The position numbers were made by a program, and so were the translations under genes. Positions 27,142-37,092 of a stretch of DNA of 64,000 nucleotides are shown here, one piece after another (position 1 is the first letter of the stretch; each line of letters starts with the position of its first letter). The stretch lies in IMG/VR virus record IMGVR_UViG_3300028840_006985. The stretch is one strand, 5' to 3'. This stretch comes from a virus. Lineage: Duplodnaviria > Heunggongvirae > Uroviricota > Caudoviricetes. The notes under the pieces are model-generated. The model was given only the letters and a program-made list of their open reading frames with translations. It made no database searches and was not told the origin of the DNA.

Positions 27142-30100
27142 ATGAATTTTGCCGGCTTAGGATTTGTATTCGGCGCCAAGGACGAGGGTGCTTCGAAAGT
27201 AGCTGAAAAGACTGAAAAATCTATGGCTGCTTTAAATTCAACGTTTGAAAATCTTGAAGAAACGGCAGCTCAGTCTCGTTTTAACGATGTGATATCGTCT
27301 TGGTCGTTATCCAGGCTAGATGAGATATCCGACAAGGTTGCAAATATCGCTGGTGAAATGGGATCTTTGCAAATGACGACGGGTATTGAACAAGAGATGT
27401 TTGAGTTGGAAAAAGCGTTTAAGCCTGTTGCGGCAAGCATGGGGATGACTGCAGAGCAATCGAGACAAGCACGGAAAGAAATTTATGCGACGGTTACTGC
27501 GTTGAATGTTTCGGCGGATGTTGGCATCGAGACAGCTAAGGAGTTTAATAAAGTTGGCAAGAGCATGTTGAATGCTTTTAGCACGGGTAAGGATGCCTTT
27601 AAAGACACGGTTCGAATAATGAAGGCATTTGATTGGCAGGCAAGCGAGACAAAGAGTATTTTAGAATCGTTTATTGATGCGCAAGGGAGGGTTGGAGTTA
27701 GCGCAGATAAGGCAAAATCGAAGTTTCGTGGTTTTGCAGATTTTTATGCGGCTTATGGACAAGCTACTGGAGACGCTATGGTAATGATGAAGGCGTTTCC
27801 ACAAATTATTAATACTGTTTCGGCGTCGGCTGGTGTGTTAAGTAAGCAATTTGGTTTAACCAATGAACAACAGAATAACATAGTTCTTGGTATGCCAAAA
27901 TTAATTACACGATTAAAAATGATGGGCGACGAAACACCTATTGATACCGCAAAATCGCTTGTTGATGTTATGATTAAGTCGCGAGACGAGATGCAGGCTC
28001 TTGTTACGGAGGGTGGAAATTTAGAAATATTAAATAAAATTTTACCTGGAATAGGTAACAATTTTGATGAAGCTTTAAAAACATTTGTTCAGACTCCGGA
28101 TAAATTCGTTGAATTTGTGCATGAGATACGCAAGTCTGGCGGTGCCATGAGTACAGATTTATTTAAACGATTCAGAGATACTCTTGGTGAGAAAGTAGTT
28201 AGGTTAATGGATCAACCTCCGGAGGCATGGGCAAAGGCGACAAAGAAGATAAATGAAGGTACGCAAAAAGCTACCAAAAATATAGCTGGAGCGATGTCTA
28301 AACTTGCCAAAGACATGCATTCATCGTCGCGAACATTTGAAGATATTATGGGCCGCATGGAGGATTCGTATGAAATGCAGATGCGGCAATTGTCGGGGCT
28401 AAAAAAGAGCAAGATCTTAGATATACATCGAAAAAGATATAATAGAATTTTGGACATTACAGAAACGTTGACCACTGGTGACGGACCTTTAAGTAAGATG
28501 ACAAAGTTTTTCTTACAATGGAAACAGGCAGGAGTGCATACTGCATTGGGTCCTATTGGTGGTGAGTTGGCAGAAATGACAGAGGCGGCGTTACCTGCTA
28601 TTACGGCTGCTGGGTCGCTAGGATTACAATTTTCAGATATTGGAAAATATGCTAAAGTGCCTTTGGCTCCGTTATCGGCACTTAATAAAATGTTTTTTGG
28701 AATGCCTAAAATATTATTAGCCGTGTTAGGTCCTATAGGTCTTGCCACGACGGGTATTGGTATTTTAGCGAAGAAGTTACAAAAGTCGACGGTAGATGTT
28801 TATTCATGGCATGAGAAGTTAGCTAATGAGTTATTTAATATTTCAAAGAGATATTTATCATTTGTTCCATGGATTGAAGGACATTTAAAAGATATGAAGC
28901 CGTGGAAGCGGATTAGTGTTGTTTTAAGCATAGGACTTACTAAAGCGTGGGAATGGGCAGTCGAGCACTATGAATTTGGTAAGCAGACCATTAATAATAT
29001 GTTTGATTTTTTTACGGAGAAGATAGAAAAAGCTCCATGGGGTAGAGTATCAGTCCGTATTGCTGAGTTTTTAACAAAGTCAATGATAGATGTTGTTGAT
29101 GCAGTGGGGTTATTTTTTGCGGAATTATTTTCAGGGAATTTAATTAAGAGTATTCAAAAGCAAGAGGTACCAGTAGCTAGTGCTATTGGAAGATTTTTTG
29201 TTGCTATTGGTAAAGCAGTTAAAACTAGTGTTACTGCAGTATGGGGAAGATTTATTGATTACTGGAAAGATAGTACAAAGAGTAACGCCGATAAAATAAT
29301 TGAAACCGGGAAGGTGGTTGGTGGGTATTTAGCATTAGGAATGGTGTTATCTACCAAGATGAGACAGGTAGGGTTTACTCTGGCGACGAGTTTTTTAAAT
29401 AGTTTTCGGGTCGGGTTTTTAGGGAAGGTTTTTAAAATTTTAGGACCCATCGGGTTAGCTATTGGATCTTTAGCTTTAATTAGGAAAGGGTTTGAGAAGT
29501 TAAGTATTAATTCTATTGAGACTTTTACTGATGCTATAAAAAACAGATTGCCTACGGCGTTATTAGAGGTAGCTAAGAAAATAATGCCGGAGTCTACAGC
29601 AAATATAATAGATGAGATTGCTAAGGGTGCAGAAGATAAGACTCCATGGGAAAGGTTGGGTCGTGTATTTTTATATTTTATGAAGGAGGCATTTACTAAA
29701 AGTGTTAGACTAACTCAATTTGGATTGGGGTTTGTTGAAGATTTTATCAAATCAATTGATCCTAAGGCGTTCAGAGAGAAGGTGTCTAATTTCTCTTTGA
29801 CGGGTTTTATAGATGGATTAAAGAAATCCAAGAATCCGATAATAGTTAGTATGAGAGATATTTTTGGATCTGTTTGGAATATTGCTTTAAAGGGTATTGC
29901 TTTTTTAAAGCCTATATTTAGAAAATTTTCTGAACTAGATTTTAAGAAAATTTTTGGTCAAATTGGGGATAAGATTAGAAAAGTTGATTTAGGTAAAACT
30001 TGGTCAGATATTAAAAAAATTGGGGGCGATTTTTTCAGAGGGATAGCCAATGCGATTAGAGCGTTTCCATGGTTTGATATAGTAAGGTCTGTAGTTGGAT

Positions 30101-33100
30101 TTATTGGAAGTGTTTTTACTTCATTGATAGTGGGATTAATTTCAGGTGGAGAAAAATCTGTTGCGGACAGTGAAGAACCTTTAAAAGCTGGGTTTAATGA
30201 TGTTTTTAAATCTTTGGGTCATTCTGTTAAGGAGATAGTTAAAGGGTTTATAGTTGGTATTGGGGACATTTTTGTAAATATTTGGCATGATGAATCATCT
30301 AGTTGGTTTGAAAAATTAACTGCGACTTTTATTACTGGGGCGATTGGTATTTTTGCTATTAAGAAGGTTATTAATCGTGTAAAAGGTTTTTTCAAACAAC
30401 CTATTCCTACATTTTGCCTTGATCCTTCCTGTCTTGAGACTGGACTGATTAATATAAAAGGCAAAATTGGAGACATGAATATAGCCTTTGAAAAATCTGA
30501 GGAAAAGCACAAGGGGTTTTTAGCTAGAACAAGGGATCGATTTAGTAGAGTGGGGGAGTGGGTTAAGAAGATTCGTTATAAAACACCTGATTTAATTAGT
30601 ACTGCAGACATGGCTAATCAGTTAAACAATGTTGAGAGACAGTCAGATGGTTTTATAGCCAGGATGCGTCAGAAGTTTAGAGAGAGGATAGTAAAGATTA
30701 AGTCAATTATTAATGCTGCAGAGACATCTCAACAATTTAATGTAGTTGAAAAGAGATCGGATAGTTTTTTTAATAAGTTTAAAGCTAAAGCGGGCAGTGT
30801 TTTTAGCAGATTTAAAGTTAAGGCAGGTGCAAGTTTAACTAAGGTTGGGTTTGCTTTTAAAAAAGCATCACAGGTTTCAATTAATGCATTAAATAGGATG
30901 AAGGTTGGTGCGCAAAAGGCGTTACTTTCAGTAAAGAGTGCTGGGGTAGGGATGGCTAATGCAGTTAAGACACATGCGGGGAAAATTGCTAGCGGGGCTG
31001 CAATGGCGTTTGGGGCTTTTACCATGATTGCGGAAACTGTACCTATGGAGAAGATAAAAGCATTCAGAGAGGAGGCGCAGAGGACGGGGGGGATTTTAGG
31101 CTGGGTGAAGGACAAAGCCGGGGGACTAATGGAGTCTTATAAAAATTTGGATGAGGTTACAAGAATACTTGTATCGACGGGGGGAATGATTGCAACTACG
31201 ATGGCTCCTACAATAATTATGGCTATTCCTAAGATAGTAAAATCTATAAAGGGTATAGGGTTAGCATTTGCTGGTGCTACAGCTGGGATAATTGCAGGTG
31301 TTGCATTGATTGCGTATGGAATAAAGAAGTTTATAGATGAATTACATGATGCAAGATTGACTATGATTAAAATAAGGGCAGGATGGGCAAAAGATAAAAA
31401 AGAAAGGCAAGAATCTTTTAAGGCGGTAAAAGAGGAAGTTAAAGCGATTAGTAAGGTTACAGATGTTGGAGAGCTTATAGAAAGAACCAGGAGGTTGCAA
31501 AAAGCGAAGCTTGTTAAGGAGGGTGGAATTTTAGAATATGGAAGAGTGGAAGGAGAGAAGGGAGAGAAGATAGATACTGCTTTATTTAGAAGGGTTGCAA
31601 AAGCACGTTTTGAATTTTTTAAAAAACAGGGCAAAATTGCAGCAGGGATGGAATTTAATGATTTCTTAAAGATGGTAGCTCAAAGGAAGGATACAGTTAA
31701 AAATGTTTTTGATATGTTTGGTGATAGTGCGAATACAATAAAAGGTTATATAAAAAGTGGTGGAGATGCTACCAAGATAATGGCCAGTTTGGGTAGTGCA
31801 ATTAGTAAAACAAGTGATAAGACAGTTAAAGCTGGAGAACAAGCTGCAGGCACAGCTAATTTATATTCACAAAGTGAAAAGTTTTTAAAAGAAAAAGGCA
31901 AAGAGACGAAGGAAGTACGAAGAAAAAAAGGTATTGCAGAGCTGGCTAAGACATTTCGTGCCGACGAGTTTAGAGGGAAAACTTTTGAAGAGTTGGTTGG
32001 TCTTCCTAGAATAAAGGGGTTACAGATTGATTTTGAATTAAAATATAATGATTTGGTGACTACTTTTATTGGAAGTGTTACTGGTGCAGTTAAAAGAGGT
32101 GAAATAACTGTTGAAAAAGGTAGACAATTATTAAGCAAGATAGCTCCGCGGATTAAACTATGGCGAAAGCATTCAGGTGAGTTAGCGGCTAAAGTTGGAG
32201 CTAACATTGATAATGTTATTAGAGCAGATGTTGAACGACAAAAAGAAAAGTGGCAAGAGAGGATAAGAGCGCAAAAACAAGCGGTACTTAATGCAGTTAG
32301 TGCAAAGCAGGTTAAAAAAGAGGAAAGGAAGTTAGCAAGACTTGAACAGGAAGCCAGAAAGGAAGAGGAAAAAATAGACAAAAAGACTAATGCTCTCAGA
32401 AAGAAAATGGGGATGGAGACCAAGAAAAAGAAGAGGAGAGGAGTTGGTGGAGGTGGAGCACGTTCAGAGTCAGAGAGAAAAAAGCAAGAATATAAGATTG
32501 CAGAAGAGAGACATAAGGAACTTATGAGACAGGTAAAAGGCGAAACGGCGGCTGGACGGGCACAGAAAAAGCAATCTGAATATGAGTTTTTAAGGGAACG
32601 AATGGAATTGGGCCTTGGTCCTGAATTAACTCGCAAGAGATATGATGATCTTATGAAGGCTGGAGGGCGTTTAGATGAAGGGATTACTGAACGGTGGAAG
32701 GCGGAAGATATTTTAAAAAGACAACAAGGGATAGAAGAATTCAATAGAATGGTATCAGGCATAAAAGCGGGCCCTGAGATGGGACCTTTACCTAAAGGAG
32801 TAAAGAGTATTGGTGATATTCTTGGTGAAAAACAGGTTGCAACTGCTAACATTGGTGAACGGGCAGAAAAAGATCGACAAATAAAAGAAGGTATGATAGT
32901 TAAACAGCAAGAGGCGACCAATGCTACCCTGGTATTAGCTAGTAAAGTTTCTCAATTGACTGACAAGGTGGAGAAGCTAGTGCAACAAGGTCCTCCTAAG
33001 GTTGTTGTTACTGGAAATGCAAGAACAATGGGGTTGGAAGTTAAAAAAGTACTTGGGAGATTGTCGGACGCTTCCGGTGATCATAGAATTGGGGCAGGGT

Positions 33101-33102
33101 AA
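27142..33102 (+). CDS. tail tape measure protein
   Basis: 1986 aa, Ala/Gly-rich amphipathic repeats (LGPIGLA, PW.R), N-terminal LGFVFGAKD, precedes tail X/hub/spike. Confidence 0.88.
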   Translation: MNFAGLGFVFGAKDEGASKVAEKTEKSMAALNSTFENLEETAAQSRFNDVISSWSLSRLDEISDKVANIAGEMGSLQMTTGIEQEMFELEKAFKPVAASMGMTAEQSRQARKEIYATVTALNVSADVGIETAKEFNKVGKSMLNAFSTGKDAFKDTVRIMKAFDWQASETKSILESFIDAQGRVGVSADKAKSKFRGFADFYAAYGQATGDAMVMMKAFPQIINTVSASAGVLSKQFGLTNEQQNNIVLGMPKLITRLKMMGDETPIDTAKSLVDVMIKSRDEMQALVTEGGNLEILNKILPGIGNNFDEALKTFVQTPDKFVEFVHEIRKSGGAMSTDLFKRFRDTLGEKVVRLMDQPPEAWAKATKKINEGTQKATKNIAGAMSKLAKDMHSSSRTFEDIMGRMEDSYEMQMRQLSGLKKSKILDIHRKRYNRILDITETLTTGDGPLSKMTKFFLQWKQAGVHTALGPIGGELAEMTEAALPAITAAGSLGLQFSDIGKYAKVPLAPLSALNKMFFGMPKILLAVLGPIGLATTGIGILAKKLQKSTVDVYSWHEKLANELFNISKRYLSFVPWIEGHLKDMKPWKRISVVLSIGLTKAWEWAVEHYEFGKQTINNMFDFFTEKIEKAPWGRVSVRIAEFLTKSMIDVVDAVGLFFAELFSGNLIKSIQKQEVPVASAIGRFFVAIGKAVKTSVTAVWGRFIDYWKDSTKSNADKIIETGKVVGGYLALGMVLSTKMRQVGFTLATSFLNSFRVGFLGKVFKILGPIGLAIGSLALIRKGFEKLSINSIETFTDAIKNRLPTALLEVAKKIMPESTANIIDEIAKGAEDKTPWERLGRVFLYFMKEAFTKSVRLTQFGLGFVEDFIKSIDPKAFREKVSNFSLTGFIDGLKKSKNPIIVSMRDIFGSVWNIALKGIAFLKPIFRKFSELDFKKIFGQIGDKIRKVDLGKTWSDIKKIGGDFFRGIANAIRAFPWFDIVRSVVGFIGSVFTSLIVGLISGGEKSVADSEEPLKAGFNDVFKSLGHSVKEIVKGFIVGIGDIFVNIWHDESSSWFEKLTATFITGAIGIFAIKKVINRVKGFFKQPIPTFCLDPSCLETGLINIKGKIGDMNIAFEKSEEKHKGFLARTRDRFSRVGEWVKKIRYKTPDLISTADMANQLNNVERQSDGFIARMRQKFRERIVKIKSIINAAETSQQFNVVEKRSDSFFNKFKAKAGSVFSRFKVKAGASLTKVGFAFKKASQVSINALNRMKVGAQKALLSVKSAGVGMANAVKTHAGKIASGAAMAFGAFTMIAETVPMEKIKAFREEAQRTGGILGWVKDKAGGLMESYKNLDEVTRILVSTGGMIATTMAPTIIMAIPKIVKSIKGIGLAFAGATAGIIAGVALIAYGIKKFIDELHDARLTMIKIRAGWAKDKKERQESFKAVKEEVKAISKVTDVGELIERTRRLQKAKLVKEGGILEYGRVEGEKGEKIDTALFRRVAKARFEFFKKQGKIAAGMEFNDFLKMVAQRKDTVKNVFDMFGDSANTIKGYIKSGGDATKIMASLGSAISKTSDKTVKAGEQAAGTANLYSQSEKFLKEKGKETKEVRRKKGIAELAKTFRADEFRGKTFEELVGLPRIKGLQIDFELKYNDLVTTFIGSVTGAVKRGEITVEKGRQLLSKIAPRIKLWRKHSGELAAKVGANIDNVIRADVERQKEKWQERIRAQKQAVLNAVSAKQVKKEERKLARLEQEARKEEEKIDKKTNALRKKMGMETKKKKRRGVGGGGARSESERKKQEYKIAEERHKELMRQVKGETAAGRAQKKQSEYEFLRERMELGLGPELTRKRYDDLMKAGGRLDEGITERWKAEDILKRQQGIEEFNRMVSGIKAGPEMGPLPKGVKSIGDILGEKQVATANIGERAEKDRQIKEGMIVKQQEATNATLVLASKVSQLTDKVEKLVQQGPPKVVVTGNARTMGLEVKKVLGRLSDASGDHRIGAG

Positions 33103-33107
33103 TAAAA

Positions 33108-33431
33108 ATGGCAGTAAGTGTTAGAACAAATAGTAGATTAAATTTTTATGATTTAATAATAGTAGATAGTACTGAATTTTTTGAACATGCTATTGCTCCT
33201 GATTTTGAAGAACAAGATGATGATATTTTGGTTACTGTTGAGGATGGTATGAGGTTGGACTTATTAGCATATCAGTATTATGGCGATGCTGAGCTTATGT
33301 GGGTTATTTTACAGGCTAATGATATTTTCTGTTATCCGTACGGTGTGTATGTTGGAAAACAGATCAGATTGCCACATAGAGATAGGGTAGTTGGAAAAAC
33401 GTTAGAGGCTAAAACATCGGTTGTTATATAA
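33108..33431 (+). CDS. LysM/tail-X baseplate protein
   Basis: RLDLLAYQYYGDAELMWVILQAN...GKQIRLP. Confidence 0.85.
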   Translation: MAVSVRTNSRLNFYDLIIVDSTEFFEHAIAPDFEEQDDDILVTVEDGMRLDLLAYQYYGDAELMWVILQANDIFCYPYGVYVGKQIRLPHRDRVVGKTLEAKTSVVI

Positions 33432-33452
33432 TAATAAGTATGGAAAAAATAA

Positions 33453-34835
33453 ATGGCAACACCTTATGATTTTTTGGGGCCTTTTTTTGAAGCAAAGATT
33501 AGAGCAGAAGACGGATCTGTATTAACTTTAAATCCTAATGGTAAACAGCCTAATTTGCCGATTGCAGAAAGTCTTGAGGTAATAACTACGCAGACTGAAG
33601 TAAAAATGTCGGTTAGTTTAAAGCCTCATACTAGAGAGATTGGTTTTGCGTTGTTAGGGGATCCGAGGATAGATGAAAATATCGAGGGTGCTATACAGGA
33701 ATATAAAGATCTAGGTAAGTATGTAAGATATGGTAATATTTTATTGGTTAGATTTGGGTATTTATCAGATTCAGAGCATATGTCTGATTGGTTGCCCGGA
33801 TTTATTTTAAAACCTGATATTACTATTGGGACAACTATTTCAATTACAATTCCTGCCGAATCTCCCAGTGTATGGTTAGCAAGGAGGACTTACTATCCTG
33901 GATATATTGGAGAGGCTAGTGAAAGTGGATTACATCAACCAATTACTCCGTTGGATGCGGTTAAAAAGATTTGTAGAAAACAGAATTATAGTGGTCCATA
34001 TTTTACTGATACTCAATCTACTTCTGTTCCTGGCGAATTGTCTGCTATGGAGACGGACAAAAGGATGGATTTGCATCAACGTGCTGGAATGAACCATGAA
34101 GATTTTTTAAAGTGGATATGCCGGGAATACGGGGCTGATGTTATATTTTTACCAAATGAGACAAGAGATATAGTTATAAAGACTTTGTCGGTCAGCGAGG
34201 TACCTGTTGCTAAGTTTGTTTATGGGTCTGATGTTTATGGTGATAACGTATTTCCTATTTTAGGTGACATATCTGCTCCTAATATGGCTATGTTTATGTC
34301 GCGGAGAGGGTCATGGGGAATGCATATGATTAATCTTTTAAAAGAGGCAGTAGATGAAGAATATTCTCATCTTGAAAAGAGAACATTTACAGTAGATGAT
34401 GCGGTTGTGGCTAATGCAGAGTCGAATGATTATGACAAAAATTCACAGGCAAAGGCCGGGGAGGGACAAACAAGTGGTGATATTCCTAATCCGCCGAGAG
34501 CTGATCCGAATCGTGCAAAAGACAGGGCGCAAAATGAGCTTATGAAAGATTCGGGGACGATGATAGAATTTGACAGTGTTGGAATACCTTTACTTGCTAG
34601 GCCAAAGGCGGTAATTCAGGTTGAAGTTGGAAAGACGTGGTTAAGTGGAAATTATACAATTATAAGTAGCGATCATCGAATAGATTCTAGCGGATACAAG
34701 ATGCATATAAGAGCAAAGGCGTATGGGATAAGAGCTGTTTTATTGGCTGATAATTTAAAAAAACAGGTGGAATCTAAGGTGGAGGAGAAAAAAGATACTA
34801 CAAAAAACCAAAAAAGTCCTATCAACAAAGGTTAG
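33453..34835 (+). CDS. baseplate hub / late-control D-like protein
   Basis: VRFGY, VGIPLL.P..VI.V...WLSGNY.I..SDHRID.SGY. Confidence 0.75.
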   Translation: MATPYDFLGPFFEAKIRAEDGSVLTLNPNGKQPNLPIAESLEVITTQTEVKMSVSLKPHTREIGFALLGDPRIDENIEGAIQEYKDLGKYVRYGNILLVRFGYLSDSEHMSDWLPGFILKPDITIGTTISITIPAESPSVWLARRTYYPGYIGEASESGLHQPITPLDAVKKICRKQNYSGPYFTDTQSTSVPGELSAMETDKRMDLHQRAGMNHEDFLKWICREYGADVIFLPNETRDIVIKTLSVSEVPVAKFVYGSDVYGDNVFPILGDISAPNMAMFMSRRGSWGMHMINLLKEAVDEEYSHLEKRTFTVDDAVVANAESNDYDKNSQAKAGEGQTSGDIPNPPRADPNRAKDRAQNELMKDSGTMIEFDSVGIPLLARPKAVIQVEVGKTWLSGNYTIISSDHRIDSSGYKMHIRAKAYGIRAVLLADNLKKQVESKVEEKKDTTKNQKSPINKG

Positions 34836-34838
34836 TAA

Positions 34839-35837
34839 ATGTTTAACTCAATAAGTAGGTTTTTAGATATTTTAATAGATTATGGCTTGGAATATTTTGG
34901 TAGATTTTATGGGATTTATTTAGGGAAGGTGATTAAGACGGCTGATCCTGGTGGTCAAGGTAGAATTATAGTTCAAGTGCCAGCTGTGATGGGAAAGGAT
35001 CCTATTGGTACCCCAGCTATGCCAACAGCCATATATGCCGGCAATGATCATGGTGTATATTTTCCTCCTGAGGAGGGTGAGACCGTTTTAGTATGGTTTG
35101 AAAACGGAGATCCTAGGTTTCCGTGGTATATTGGTGGATTCTGGTCTAATTCTGATGTTACGAGTCAAGATCAGAACACGTCGGAGTTGCCTGAGGAATT
35201 TAAAGCTACTGAACCTCCGGCCACTGATTGGTCAAGCGACCCTCCTATGGTGAGGGGGATAAAAGTATTAAATATTGCTAAAGATAAATCGTTTTTACTT
35301 TTATTTAATAAAAAATCTGGGGAGGAATCTATTAGGTTGGTTCATCCTGAGTTGTCAGAACTTAAGATGGATCAAGATGGATCTGTAGAGATAAAGGATA
35401 ATAATGAGAATAAGATATTTTTAGATACTCCAAATAAGGAAATTGTCATTACAAATAATGCGGATAATGTAAACACAATAACGATGAAGGGTGATTCAAT
35501 TGAGATATCTCACACTGGTGGGAGTACTGTTAGAATGGAAGGTGGCAACATTACAATAGAAAGTAATGATAACATTAATATTACTTGCAATTCTAACATT
35601 GACGTGACATGTTCTAACGCGACTGTAAATGCGGACAGGATAGAATTAGGAGAAGGGGCTTCAGAAAAGGCGATTTTAGGGGATTCATGGAACACATATT
35701 TTTCTCAACAATTTATTAATAGTGGGTATAACGTGCATACTCATAATTGCCCTGTAGGTCCTACCACGCCGCCATTGGTGCCAGCACAGCCTCCAACGCC
35801 GTCGGTTTATTCTAGTAGGGTTTTTGTAAAGGGGTAA
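34839..35837 (+). CDS. baseplate spike (Gp5/VgrG OB-fold)
   Basis: DPGGQGRIIVQVP, FPPEEGETVLVWFENGDPRFP, beta-helix repeats, HTH(N) metal-tip motif. Confidence 0.9.
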   Translation: MFNSISRFLDILIDYGLEYFGRFYGIYLGKVIKTADPGGQGRIIVQVPAVMGKDPIGTPAMPTAIYAGNDHGVYFPPEEGETVLVWFENGDPRFPWYIGGFWSNSDVTSQDQNTSELPEEFKATEPPATDWSSDPPMVRGIKVLNIAKDKSFLLLFNKKSGEESIRLVHPELSELKMDQDGSVEIKDNNENKIFLDTPNKEIVITNNADNVNTITMKGDSIEISHTGGSTVRMEGGNITIESNDNINITCNSNIDVTCSNATVNADRIELGEGASEKAILGDSWNTYFSQQFINSGYNVHTHNCPVGPTTPPLVPAQPPTPSVYSSRVFVKG

Positions 35838-35987
35838 AAAGGAAGAGAAGGATAATGGATAAGATTAAACCAAGATGTGATAGAGAAAAACTAATCATAA
35901 GAAGAAAAAGGGATATAAGAAGTCTAAAAAGATTGGGTCATCGATTGATTACCTTTGGCATTTGATGAGTATATCAGAGGATTGATA

Positions 35988-36320
35988 ATGGACAAAGGTG
36001 AAATAATTAAAAAAGGCAAAATTAAGATTAAGTCAAAATCTGATCGTGATGTATTTGAAAAGTTAATGAGATCGGACAAGGTGATAAATATAGAGATTAC
36101 TAAAGAAGATTTAGAGAAAGTAAAAGATATAAAAGATAAAGATTTAGCTTATTTGGGGTTAAAAAATATCTTAACTGGAAGAATGGTTCGTGAACGAAGA
36201 GCAATTATTGAGGAAGAAACAGAAAAAGATATATTAAAGCAGTTGAGAAATCTTGATTTTGATTTGTTAACTTATGGAGATTGTTTTGACGGATTCGATC
36301 AAGAGGAGGATAAAAAATAA
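35988..36320 (+). CDS. hypothetical protein
   Basis: ATG after AGAGGA; coupled to the next gene. Confidence 0.5.
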   Translation: MDKGEIIKKGKIKIKSKSDRDVFEKLMRSDKVINIEITKEDLEKVKDIKDKDLAYLGLKNILTGRMVRERRAIIEEETEKDILKQLRNLDFDLLTYGDCFDGFDQEEDKK

Positions 36321-36583
36321 TGGGAATGGGATGTGGTAGAAATGGTTGTGATAGTATCATGTATGATGTGTCAATATTTGGTAGATATATTTGCGGGGAT
36401 TGCCTAAATGAACTTAGGGAGGCGATTAAACATAAATTTTCTGAAAAAACAAAAAAGGGCAAGGTAAAAAGGTTTGTAGAAGCCTTTATGGAGTCAAAAC
36501 CGGGCGATTTTTCTGTGGAAGAGGTTGATGCAGAGGAAATATTAGAGGATCTTCTTGATTATGGGGATAACTGGGACGAATAG
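36320..36583 (+). CDS. small Cys-motif protein
   Basis: CGRNGC...CGDC; TAATG coupling. Confidence 0.55.
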   Translation: MGMGCGRNGCDSIMYDVSIFGRYICGDCLNELREAIKHKFSEKTKKGKVKRFVEAFMESKPGDFSVEEVDAEEILEDLLDYGDNWDE

Positions 36584-36585
36584 GG

Positions 36586-37089
36586 ATGTTAAGGATTAGA
36601 ATGTCTAGTGAGCTTATTAAATGGATGGAACAAGTAATTAACCAGGCGGGTAATTCTGCTGATTTTATTTGTCCTCAATGCAAAGATGGATGGCATATAG
36701 ATGGTTTAAAAGGGGAGGATATTAAATGTCCGGGGTGTGGTTATATAATATCGAGAGAGAATTACACTAAGATTGTGAAGGGGTTAAAGGATTATATTAA
36801 AGAAGTGGAGAAGGTTGTTAAAATATTAGATAAGCCAGATGATATTCCAAAACAATTAGAACAGGTTGATCTGGAGGCAATAACAGACACATGTGAGAAT
36901 TATCTTCAGTGGATAATTAGTGATAATTACCATGAGGATAAAGACAGAGATCATGAACATATAATATATGAGACTGTATTAGAAGCCGTATATGGCGAGG
37001 ATATTTGGGAGTGGGTTAATAAACAAATTGATGAAAAGCAGGATATTTGGGAACGGGTTAATAGACAAATTGATAAAAAGAAGGAGTAA
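36586..37089 (+). CDS. zinc-ribbon-containing hypothetical protein
   Basis: CPQC...CPGC, then acidic domain. Confidence 0.55.
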   Translation: MLRIRMSSELIKWMEQVINQAGNSADFICPQCKDGWHIDGLKGEDIKCPGCGYIISRENYTKIVKGLKDYIKEVEKVVKILDKPDDIPKQLEQVDLEAITDTCENYLQWIISDNYHEDKDRDHEHIIYETVLEAVYGEDIWEWVNKQIDEKQDIWERVNRQIDKKKE

Positions 37090-37092
37090 AAT

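Noticed and set aside
32419-32442. Nuclear localisation signal KKKKRR in the tape measure
   Set aside because: Gene organisation and Shine-Dalgarno sites indicate a prokaryotic virus; basic runs are common in these K-rich proteins
27753-32921. Long antisense ORFs inside the tape measure, including a 391-aa ORF at 31746..32921
   Set aside because: Fully overlap a strong gene, have shadow composition, and show no motifs or RBS
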